26,780 nt of DNA, from positions 1 through 26,780 of the IMG/VR virus record IMGVR_UViG_3300046779_000422. One strand, given 5' to 3'. Of the stretch, positions 18,608-26,072 are shown one piece after another; positions within the stretch are counted from its first letter, which is position 1, and each line of letters starts with the position of its first letter. The notes under the pieces were generated by a model. That model saw nothing but the letters and a program-made list of their open reading frames with translations. It was not told where the DNA came from and searched no databases. The position numbers and the translations under genes were made by a program. The DNA is from a virus (Duplodnaviria; Caudoviricetes).

Positions 18608-19242
18608 AACAACCTCGCATTAAGGATTACTCGTTCAATGTCACCCTCATAAGCATCAACACAGACTTTGAACATCTCAAGTTCGTTCTTGCATGGATCA
18701 AGAAGTTTCTTTGCCTTCACAGGTCCAACTTTGTGAACACCAATGATGTTGTCCACTCTATCACCAACAAGAACTTGCTCATAGAAGTTAAACATAGCAG
18801 CACCCTCAGTGATCTTTTCCCACATACCTTTTTGTGGATTGTAGATCGTTCCGGGGATTTGCCTAAAGTCCTTATCAATAGAAACAATGACACAATCGGG
18901 ATAGAGCCTAGTCGCTTCGATAGCAATATCATCGTCAGCTTCTTGGCCCTCAGACACCCTAGCGTCATAAGTGTCTATCATGTATTGCCTAGCCAGATTA
19001 AGTAAGATGGGCTTTTCCTTATCCACCCTATTGGCTTTATAGGTGTCAGTCAGTTCATGCCTATAATTTCCTTTACCAGTAAGGAAGATGATATAATCAT
19101 TCTTTGTTGCAAAAGGGTTGGTGGCTTCTAGGATATTCTGAAGCAACTCATCCAGCTTATCGCAGATACCACCAACAGTTTGTCCTTCTTGAGAAAACGC
19201 TGCCCTATAGGTTAACGTATCTCCGTCAATTAGAAGTTTCAG
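18541..19242 (-). CDS. T7 gp6-like 5'-3' exonuclease, likely CTG start
   Basis: LIDGD, YKANR, EADD, DKD and GDRVDNIIG motifs. Frame is open upstream of the tracked start to CTG at 19242, with SD AAGGAG 7 nt upstream. Confidence 0.88.
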   Translation of the reverse strand: MKLLIDGDTLTYRAAFSQEGQTVGGICDKLDELLQNILEATNPFATKNDYIIFLTGKGNYRHELTDTYKANRVDKEKPILLNLARQYMIDTYDARVSEGQEADDDIAIEATRLYPDCVIVSIDKDFRQIPGTIYNPQKGMWEKITEGAAMFNFYEQVLVGDRVDNIIGVHKVGPVKAKKLLDPCKNELEMFKVCVDAYEGDIERVILNARLLWLRREENQLWTPPLNMATDQV

Positions 19243-19492
19243 ACTGCATCTCCTTCACAAACTTTTTATACTCATCTACAGTGGTATAGTATTCAAGAAC
19301 ACGATACAAAGAGGAAAGAAGGTGGCTTTTGTTATCTTGAGTCTCATGAATGTCATGATCTTGTTTACTTACATCCTTGATTTGCTCTTTAAGGGCATCT
19401 ACAATCAGTTGTTCAGTAACCTCATGAAAGATATTAAAGTAGCCACTATCATCCATAAGCAAAACTTTAAGAGCTTCAGCTTTTGAGTTCAT
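19226..19492 (-). CDS. Hypothetical protein
   Basis: ATGA overlap with thyX stop. Confidence 0.7.
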   Translation of the reverse strand: MNSKAEALKVLLMDDSGYFNIFHEVTEQLIVDALKEQIKDVSKQDHDIHETQDNKSHLLSSLYRVLEYYTTVDEYKKFVKEMQSETSN

Positions 19493-20163
19493 TCAGTCAG
19501 GGCCTTCCATGAAACAGGGAACAGGGGTTCAATGATCTGACCCACCATACGGGCTAGGTCTTGGATTTCCTTTTGTGCGTGGCTGTCAGTCCTTTTGTTG
19601 TAGAAATTGGCGAAGGCGTAGAGATTGCCCGTCCAAATCCACTGGACCTCACAGCCTTGAGGTAGGACGAAGCGGGCCTGTTCAGGACAGACACCATCAG
19701 CGATCATGTCTTCGTAGGTTTCCAAGGCACGGTTGCAGATGATCTGGTATGTCGCCCGCCATGACGGACTGTTGTAGTGAGGACCATCGCTGCCTTGTTT
19801 GACTGAGCCTTGGGGCTTTTCCCTAAACTGGTCAGGAACGAATAAGGTAGGCCGACCACTGATATACCGCCGACTTTCCTCGTTCTCGACCAACCCTTGC
19901 TTGTGCTTGAAGCATTGCGTCCTGATCGGGACAGGTGCTTGCATACGCAGCGAGATGCTGGTGTGGGCAAATGGGGTCCAGTGGTCGTGCTTGGCGAGGT
20001 AGGTGATCAGCTTGCGGTCGGCTTCTGAGAGGGTCTGGTAGGAACCACCGTTGAACCCTGCCTCTTCGACCCACTCCCATTCACTCTCCTTGTCGAAGCT
20101 GACCCGTGCGGCGTTCACCACCGAGATGTCAGACCCCATGTAGTCGATCAGTTCAGCTTTCAC
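19489..20163 (-). CDS. thyX: Flavin-dependent thymidylate synthase
   Basis: VVNAARVSF, HWTPF, NEESRRY, EQARFVLP and HAQKEI motifs. Confidence 0.93.
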   Translation of the reverse strand: MKAELIDYMGSDISVVNAARVSFDKESEWEWVEEAGFNGGSYQTLSEADRKLITYLAKHDHWTPFAHTSISLRMQAPVPIRTQCFKHKQGLVENEESRRYISGRPTLFVPDQFREKPQGSVKQGSDGPHYNSPSWRATYQIICNRALETYEDMIADGVCPEQARFVLPQGCEVQWIWTGNLYAFANFYNKRTDSHAQKEIQDLARMVGQIIEPLFPVSWKALTE

Positions 20164-20345
20164 AGCGTGGAAACCTCATCGCCATTATCTTTGACTGCAA
20201 CAATGCGCTTGACATAAGTGTAACCAGTCCCTTGAAGGAACGACAAGAACAACTCTAGAACGTCACCAAGATATTCCACGTCATCTTGAGAAACCGTGAT
20301 TTCCCGGCCATCTTCGTAGTCTTTACCATGAAATTCGTATTGCAT
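20160..20345 (-). CDS. Hypothetical protein, 61 aa (MQYEFHGKD...)
   Basis: SD AGGA before ATG 20345; GTGA overlap with thyX start. Confidence 0.7.
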   Translation of the reverse strand: MQYEFHGKDYEDGREITVSQDDVEYLGDVLELFLSFLQGTGYTYVKRIVAVKDNGDEVSTL

Positions 20346-20369
20346 TTGTGGTCCTGTTAAAAGATTGAT

Positions 20370-20446
20370 TGGTCGGGGTGGCGGGACTTGAACCCGCAAA
20401 ACCAAGATTTTAAGTCTCGTATGTATACCATTTCCATCACACCCCG
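20370..20446 (-). tRNA. tRNA-Leu(UAA), 77 nt, encoded CCA, short variable loop
   Basis: CGGGGTG TG ATG GAAATGGTATA CAT A CGAGA CT-TAA-AA TCTTG GTTTT GCGGG TTCAAGT CCCGC CACCCCG A CCA folds into a complete cloverleaf. Confidence 0.93.
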
Positions 20447-20451
20447 TGGTG

Positions 20452-20467
20452 TGGCCCCGAAGGGCCA
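20452..20467 (-). other. GC-rich hairpin with C(UUCG)G tetraloop just 5' of the tRNA
   Basis: TGGCCC-TTCG-GGGCCA on the minus strand; no U-tract. Confidence 0.7.
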
Positions 20468-20480
20468 ACTGGTTTAGGGA

Positions 20481-21083
20481 TTATTCCCAGCCACCACTAC
20501 CAGCACCAGCATACTCAACGAGATTGGTGATACCAATACCCATCAACTGAACTTTAGAGAACTTCTTCCCCTTAGCCTTACCTTGAGTGCCAATGCCAAA
20601 CGAGATAGACAGTTTGACCTTAGCCTTCGTGCCATTACCAATCAGACCATCTTGGACAGTCCATTGGGTAGCGTATTGATCCAGACGACCTTTCTCGCCA
20701 GCTTCTTGCCAAGCCTTCTTAGCTGCTTCCAGATCGAAGGTTTGCGGGGGACCAAGGATCAGACGCTGATCGGTCGGGTTGTTGTTTTCATCCATGACCA
20801 TGAACTTCGGATGGATGTGAGGACGACGAACAGTAAACTTGTAGAGCGTCTTACCGTCACGCTCAAAAGGCTTGAACTGAGCAAAAGCACCTTGCTTCTC
20901 AGGGCAACCCCCTGCAATGGCTTTATCCTTGTTCTCTTCATCAAGGATCAGCGTCACCTTGTAGACACCATCCGTATCGGAATGGTCCACATGCTCATTT
21001 CCCATGTCACGGTTCTCATAGAAAACCTGTGCGTATTCCAGTTCAGCATCAAGGGTGACGTATTTGGTTTTGTTCTGCGACAT
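20481..21083 (-). CDS. Single-stranded DNA-binding protein (T7 gp2.5-like)
   Basis: Position after DNA polymerase; GVYKVTL, LIGNGTKAKVK and NLVEY patterns; aromatic C-terminal tail. Confidence 0.65.
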   Translation of the reverse strand: MSQNKTKYVTLDAELEYAQVFYENRDMGNEHVDHSDTDGVYKVTLILDEENKDKAIAGGCPEKQGAFAQFKPFERDGKTLYKFTVRRPHIHPKFMVMDENNNPTDQRLILGPPQTFDLEAAKKAWQEAGEKGRLDQYATQWTVQDGLIGNGTKAKVKLSISFGIGTQGKAKGKKFSKVQLMGIGITNLVEYAGAGSGGWE

Positions 21084-21112
21084 ATTAAGCCTTTGTCTTT
21101 TGCTTCGGGTTG

Positions 21113-21143
21113 ATATAGATAACACTATCTAGTGTTTATTCAA
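21113..21143 (-). promoter_or_regulatory. Candidate promoter with palindrome in spacer, upstream of SSB
   Basis: TTGAAT (21143-21138) followed by TATCTATAT; perfect inverted repeat AACACTA-N2-TAGTGTT at 21121-21136. The -10 placement is ambiguous. Confidence 0.35.
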
Positions 21144-21202
21144 GTCATTGCTACAAAGAAATGTTTGTAGAACTCAATATATTCTTCGTAGGTCATGTCC
21201 AT
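21140..21202 (-). CDS. Possible 20-aa peptide MDMTYEEYIEFYKHFFVAMT
   Basis: SD GAGGTG overlapping the polymerase stop; too short to confirm. Confidence 0.35.
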   Translation of the reverse strand: MDMTYEEYIEFYKHFFVAMT

Positions 21203-21210
21203 ATTACACC

Positions 21211-22635
21211 TCAGTGAGTTTCAGCGTAGTTATTACCAAACTGAACGTCCACACTAAGGGGGATATTCAGTTTAAGTTTCTTGTTTGTTGCCTCAATGGC
21301 TAACAGAAGTTTCTCTTTGTGGTTTTCTTCATCTCCTACTTTCAGGTATGAACCCTTTTCGTCGTGCATCTGGAAGTTAACAACAACATTCTGCTTACGC
21401 ACATAGAACAACCAAGTATCGAAGGCGTAGACCCCCGTAGATTGGTTCACAGTAGAGAAGGCGTCTTTCTCTGAGCGAAGGTTATGCCAGAAGCCAGATA
21501 CAGGGTTCTTGACCCACATATACGGCCCAACAGTCTTCATCTCAAATTGCTCAACAGCTTTCTTAACAGAGAAGTTACGCTTCCAGTAATCTTCAATTAG
21601 TTTCTCTGCTTGCTTGACAGGGATGCCAATCGTTCTTGCCAACTTGGCTTTACCAACGCCATACACACAACTGTAGTTAGCAGCCTTATATTGGCTCCTG
21701 ATGGCCTTGAGGTTAATCTCCCCATTCTTGTGGCGCTCTACATCTTCTCTAGACACAGCCCCAGCGAATGCAGCCAAGTCCAAGTGAGGATCAAAACCCT
21801 CTTGGCTCATTTCCTCTACATAGTCAGGGTCAAAAGGCTGCATGTAGTGTCGCTTGGTGGTGTCTTCCAAACTTACCATATCAGAGCCACAAAGAACCAT
21901 TCCCTCTGGGGCTACGATAGAGCCACGAATTTCCTTACCCCAAGGTTTGTCGATCTTGGGAAGGTTCACAATAGGCTTCCTGTGCTGGAACCTGAAAGTG
22001 TTCGTAAGACCACCAACACTAGCCACAACCTTGCCATTTACCTGATTGTCGATAAGGGACTTGAACACACCCTTACGATGCTGGATGATGCCCATATCAA
22101 CAAGAAGCTGGATTTCAGGAACCTCTTCTGCCAACTCAACAACACTGTCACACAGGTCATCCCCGTTCTTGATCTGGGGGATACTGCGCTCAGAGCCATC
22201 ATCTTCCTTGACATACTTGAAGGTCTTAGGCTTCCAGCCAAGAGAGAACAACCAATCCTTTACTTGTTCGTGGCTATTAGGGTTTCCGTCTTGATAACCG
22301 ATCAACTCATTGACAGGACCAGCGGTGTTCTCTGGTAGTTTCATCTCCTTCAGTTTACCGAACCAAGCAAGACCATGTGCGCTCAATGAACCATCTTTCT
22401 TATACAGGTTCTTGGGCTTGTTGATGGCCTTGTATAGGGGCTTCTTAGGCATCACCTTGGACAGTTCGTTGATCTTGTCTCGTTGCAGGGTTTCCAGCTT
22501 GTCGAAGTTAAGGCGAACATTTTCCATCTGTAGGGTGATAGGATTAGCCTCTTGTTCCCTAGCGCAGTCAGCCTTTAAGCCAAGATACTGGATTAGACGA
22601 ATTGCATCATCACTGAGTTGTTTCAACAAGCCCAA
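21211..22635 (-). CDS. polA: DNA polymerase family A, polymerase domain only (split gene, part 2)
   Basis: Motif A (SDMVSLE), B (RSQYKAANYSCVYG) and C (MHDE); no exonuclease motifs. True start probably TTG 22629 or 22626 given SD AAGGA at 22640-22636. Confidence 0.92.
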   Translation of the reverse strand: MGLLKQLSDDAIRLIQYLGLKADCAREQEANPITLQMENVRLNFDKLETLQRDKINELSKVMPKKPLYKAINKPKNLYKKDGSLSAHGLAWFGKLKEMKLPENTAGPVNELIGYQDGNPNSHEQVKDWLFSLGWKPKTFKYVKEDDGSERSIPQIKNGDDLCDSVVELAEEVPEIQLLVDMGIIQHRKGVFKSLIDNQVNGKVVASVGGLTNTFRFQHRKPIVNLPKIDKPWGKEIRGSIVAPEGMVLCGSDMVSLEDTTKRHYMQPFDPDYVEEMSQEGFDPHLDLAAFAGAVSREDVERHKNGEINLKAIRSQYKAANYSCVYGVGKAKLARTIGIPVKQAEKLIEDYWKRNFSVKKAVEQFEMKTVGPYMWVKNPVSGFWHNLRSEKDAFSTVNQSTGVYAFDTWLFYVRKQNVVVNFQMHDEKGSYLKVGDEENHKEKLLLAIEATNKKLKLNIPLSVDVQFGNNYAETH

Positions 22636-23416
22636 TCCTTTCTAGATTTTTATAGGGATGATTACCAAGTAGATTGGCAATAGGCCAATAGATTGAGTTA
22701 CCTACTTGTTTAAGTCTGTCCATCCTTCGGGGTAGAGGAACATCCATTCTGCGAAGCAAGGGTTCAGGCCGACTACCGAATCTTCCGAAGGGATTGTCGT
22801 AGACTTGTTGCAAATCCTTTTTGCCACCCCATCCCCCTTGTCCAGTTTCGCCAAGATACTGAAGCGGGACCAATCTCGACCTTCCCTCGCAGCTACGGTA
22901 GGCAAGTATCCAGATTCTGTCCCTTTGGTGACACGCGCCAAGGGCGGAAGCGGGGATACAATGCCACTCTGCATCATACCCGACCTCATTGAGGCCACGA
23001 AGGACTTCTCCCAATCCCCTAGTGCGAAGGGCTGATACGTTTTCAATGATAACCCCTTTAGGTTTAATCTCAGAAATCAGACGAAGATATTCAAACCAAT
23101 GCCCTGATCTTTCCCCATCAAGACCCTTACCAAGACCCGCATAAGAGATGTCCTGACAAGGAAAACCACCAGTAATGATGTCAATGTTAGTATATCCAGC
23201 TACACCACATTCCTCACTATATAAATACCCAGACTTATATTCTAGTGATTTAATATCTCCATAGCAATAAACAGAAGGCCAATGCTTCTTAAGCACTTGT
23301 CTCGCGCTATTATCCCATTCACAAAAAGCAACAGTCTCAAAAAGATTTGTCTTCTCTAAACCTAGAGTAAACCCACCAATACCAGCAAACAAATCTAGAA
23401 CTTTTAGTTTTTCCAT
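22610..23416 (-). CDS. DNA C5-cytosine methyltransferase, large (alpha) polypeptide
   Basis: Motifs I (LFAGIGG), IV (GFPCQ), VI (ENV), VIII (QRDRIW) and X (RLKQVGNS); no canonical motif IX. Confidence 0.92.
   Translation of the reverse strand: MEKLKVLDLFAGIGGFTLGLEKTNLFETVAFCEWDNSARQVLKKHWPSVYCYGDIKSLEYKSGYLYSEECGVAGYTNIDIITGGFPCQDISYAGLGKGLDGERSGHWFEYLRLISEIKPKGVIIENVSALRTRGLGEVLRGLNEVGYDAEWHCIPASALGACHQRDRIWILAYRSCEGRSRLVPLQYLGETGQGGWGGKKDLQQVYDNPFGRFGSRPEPLLRRMDVPLPRRMDRLKQVGNSIYWPIANLLGNHPYKNLERIGLVETTQ
22702..23046 (-). CDS. Overprinted C5-MTase small (beta) polypeptide carrying motif IX
   Basis: 114-codon alternative-frame ORF nested in the MTase, ending LNPCFAEWMFLYPEGWTD; AAAGGGG upstream of TTG. 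Confidence 0.72.
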   Translation of the reverse strand: MKTYQPFALGDWEKSFVASMRSGMMQSGIVSPLPPLARVTKGTESGYLPTVAAREGRDWSRFSILAKLDKGDGVAKRICNKSTTIPSEDSVVGLNPCFAEWMFLYPEGWTDLNK

Positions 23417-23862
23417 CCGTAGAGGCTCCCTAGTTTTCTCTCCAGTTCCTTCCAGAGTTTCCAGTTGATCTTAACATCTTCAGAAACGCGATGGGCATAT
23501 TGTTCTTTGGTCAGGTTGTGCCAGTCATCAACCTTGGGCTTCGGGACACCATAGTAGATGCCATATTGCTCAAGGCCATGACGGTCACGATCAAAGTTCA
23601 CATACCACGAAAGAAACAAGGTGTCGACAAACTGAGTGTATTGCAGATCAAGTGAAAGCAGCCTGTTCAGCAAGGGCATGTCGTGCCTAATGGCGTTGTG
23701 GGCGACAAACATGCAGTCCTTCTGTGACAGGACAGCCTTCATCTCGTCGTAGTCATGAGTCACATTGATAGTTGCCCCGTCTTCGGTCCAAGAAAAGACG
23801 TGCAGTTTTGTGGCTTCATAGGCCAGACCATCACTTTCGGTATCGAAGACGATAAACTTCAT
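23404..23862 (-). CDS. polA: DNA polymerase family A 3'-5' exonuclease domain (split gene, part 1)
   Basis: Exo I (FDTESDG), Exo II (HNAIRHD), DTL and Exo III (HRVSEDV) motifs; SD GAGG; ends with its own TAA. Confidence 0.88.
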   Translation of the reverse strand: MKFIVFDTESDGLAYEATKLHVFSWTEDGATINVTHDYDEMKAVLSQKDCMFVAHNAIRHDMPLLNRLLSLDLQYTQFVDTLFLSWYVNFDRDRHGLEQYGIYYGVPKPKVDDWHNLTKEQYAHRVSEDVKINWKLWKELERKLGSLYGWKN

Positions 23863-23875
23863 TTGTTCCTCTTTC

Positions 23876-24064
23876 TTACGAATCTAGTCCACGAGAGACT
23901 TCTTCACGATCTGACCAGCCAGTGTTGTATCCCGTCTCATAAGTAAGACGTAGCATACCCTCTAGGTTATCCATCATTTCTTCAAAGAGGGCATCGAACA
24001 GATTGACCATCCGTGGTTCGTCGTTGCCCTCTTTCTGGTAGAACCAGTCATCAAATCCGCTCAT
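23876..24064 (-). CDS. Hypothetical protein (MSGFDDWFYQ...)
   Basis: GGGGG SD-like before ATG 24064. Confidence 0.65.
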   Translation of the reverse strand: MSGFDDWFYQKEGNDEPRMVNLFDALFEEMMDNLEGMLRLTYETGYNTGWSDREEVSRGLDS

Positions 24065-24221
24065 TGATTTCCCCCATAGTTTTGGCAACATAACCAGCAT
24101 AAAAAGCCCACTCCAAGTCTTTGAGGTTAATGTTCATAAGATCAGCGTATCCTTTACGGGTGTAGCTAGTGCCGGGCGTTTTTCCCTCAAGCCACTCTTT
24201 GAAAGCCTTATCAATATCCAT
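24051..24221 (-). CDS. Hypothetical protein, 56 aa (MDIDKAFKEWLEGK...)
   Basis: Read by hand; overlaps both neighbours and fills the gap. Confidence 0.65.
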   Translation of the reverse strand: MDIDKAFKEWLEGKTPGTSYTRKGYADLMNINLKDLEWAFYAGYVAKTMGEINERI

Positions 24222-24468
24222 GTTTCTTCAGTGCCTCCATGATGATCTTTGCGATGGTGTATGTTGCTTCAGTCTCAACGTGATCCATTCCATATTCGGG
24301 TTCCCAACCTTTGTCAAGTTCCCTTTTGGATGGGTAAGTGTCACCACCAAAAAGGTTGATGGTCACATGTTGCTTAAACCCGAAGATGTCTTCGACCTCA
24401 ACCCCGATACAAGTCTCATAGTATTTTTCTGTTAGTGGAAGGAGTTCTACGTCAATGATCTTCACCAT
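24211..24468 (-). CDS. Hypothetical protein
   Basis: Overlaps the helicase stop; SD AAGGAG upstream. Confidence 0.65.
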   Translation of the reverse strand: MVKIIDVELLPLTEKYYETCIGVEVEDIFGFKQHVTINLFGGDTYPSKRELDKGWEPEYGMDHVETEATYTIAKIIMEALKKHGY

Positions 24469-26072
24469 GTATCTGTCTTCTCCTTAAGAGTGAAAGATTC
24501 AGGATCGAAGAGCAACTCACCAGCTTCGCCTTCAAGTCCTGTCGGTCGGTTTTTCTTGATTAGCAGCTTTGTGGTGTTCCTGTCAAGAAGATTATCACTC
24601 TCTTTGTCACGTTCAATGTCGATCACCACAGAGGCTCGTTGGCCGATCATACGACAGTATTTGATTTCGCCCATCTCGTTGGTGTGAGCGATAGTGATGA
24701 TCCCTACGTTCAAGTCTGCTGCCAGCTTGGAGAGACGCACTGCAAGGTCAGCCAGAGCCGCCTCTTTACTGTCGTCGTTGCTGATCGTGATGACATCCTG
24801 AATGGGTTCAAACATGATGTATTCACAACCATAGACTTGCGACAGAACCCTGATCTGGTCCACTAGTTCTTCAGCACCATCCTCTTCACGAAGGTGGAAC
24901 TGCATGTAACCAGTATTGGCGCTAATCTCCTTGATAGCCTCTTCGACCTTTTCCAGCTTTCCTTTCTCGGTGATGAGGTCTTTACGGGTCAGGTTATCTT
25001 TCAGATAGTAGGACACAACACCAAGAAGGCTACGCAGTTTGGTTTCTTCAAGGTGCCATGTGGCAAACTTCACTTCGGGGTAGTTCTGGATGAAGTTGTT
25101 TTCCAGATACCGCATCAGTTCAGATTTACCAATACCAGTTGGGCCTTTGATAACAGTGAAATGACCACGCATCAGACCCAGCAGCTTCTCATCAAGGGCT
25201 TGAATGTTGGTCGGGATATAAGAGTGTTCAGGTGTATCGTGCAGAAGTTTCAGGAAAGCATCTTCGCTAGAGTAGATGTTGTCTGGCGTGAACAGTTTGG
25301 CATTGAACCAAGCGTTCTTGAACAACTGAGACTTGCCATCCTGAAGGAAAGCGTTGGCGTCTTTGTATTTGTCGTGTGGCACCTCATAGACACGACCCGG
25401 AAACAAGTGCATCAGAGACAAGGCAAACTTATCAGCCTTCTTGTCGCTATCAAAACTCAGGTAAATCTTCTCAAATGAACCAAGCCAATCCTTGCAGTTC
25501 TCAAGGAGTTTCTTGGAAGGAGTTGCCCCCGGAAGACTTACAACAGGATACTGGCTACCAAGCATCTGGAAAGCTGACAGAGCGTCAAGTTCCCCTTCCG
25601 TAATGGTCACAGCCCTTGACGATCCAGCAGGGAATTTGTCCATGCCAAACAGCATGTCAGACTTGAACCCATTACCAGTGTGGAAGTCTTTAGGGAACAC
25701 ACGGGTCTTGGTCGATCCGTTAGGGTAGACATAGACGTGGTTATGTGGTTCGTCGTTCTGGTTGAAGGTCTTGACGTTGTAGAACTCCATAGTGCCTTTG
25801 AGGACACCACGAATAGGGTGGAAGTATCCGTTAGAGTCGTCAACGACTTTCAGGTTAGCCTTGCTCATGGTTCTCTCTTCAAAGTCAGAGTTTGTGTTGT
25901 CGTTCTTGAGAGGGTAGCGTTCTGCTGCCCAATCCATGACGTGCATACCCTTAGATGGGTAGGCTTGTCCACAGGAATAGCAATAGCCAACATGCTTATC
26001 CACTGACCAAGAGAAGGCGTCAGAACTACCACAAGATTCATGTGGGCATGGTTGGTGGTTCAGATCACTCAT
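24462..26072 (-). CDS. T7 gp4-like primase-helicase
   Basis: Zn-binding CPHESC...CYSC, TOPRIM (TEGELDA, FDSD, KDAN), Walker A GPTGIGKS, and KNRPTG. Confidence 0.95.
   Translation of the reverse strand: MSDLNHQPCPHESCGSSDAFSWSVDKHVGYCYSCGQAYPSKGMHVMDWAAERYPLKNDNTNSDFEERTMSKANLKVVDDSNGYFHPIRGVLKGTMEFYNVKTFNQNDEPHNHVYVYPNGSTKTRVFPKDFHTGNGFKSDMLFGMDKFPAGSSRAVTITEGELDALSAFQMLGSQYPVVSLPGATPSKKLLENCKDWLGSFEKIYLSFDSDKKADKFALSLMHLFPGRVYEVPHDKYKDANAFLQDGKSQLFKNAWFNAKLFTPDNIYSSEDAFLKLLHDTPEHSYIPTNIQALDEKLLGLMRGHFTVIKGPTGIGKSELMRYLENNFIQNYPEVKFATWHLEETKLRSLLGVVSYYLKDNLTRKDLITEKGKLEKVEEAIKEISANTGYMQFHLREEDGAEELVDQIRVLSQVYGCEYIMFEPIQDVITISNDDSKEAALADLAVRLSKLAADLNVGIITIAHTNEMGEIKYCRMIGQRASVVIDIERDKESDNLLDRNTTKLLIKKNRPTGLEGEAGELLFDPESFTLKEKTDTW

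Noticed and set aside
20346-20468. N-terminal extension of ORF 20160-20468
   Set aside because: Runs through the tRNA and hairpin; ATG 20345 has its own SD.
21610-22338. 242-aa + strand ORF opposite polymerase
   Set aside because: Shadow ORF; no motifs.
22636-23403. Group I intron or intein within polA
   Set aside because: The insert is fully occupied by MTase coding sequence, with no recognisable P7 core. In-frame stops and absent splice motifs exclude an intein.
23404-23416. -1 frameshift at G AAA AAC fusing the exo domain to the MTase
   Set aside because: The frame relation allows it, but the heptamer is not canonical and the MTase has its own ATG with GGGAG upstream. Translational coupling is simpler.
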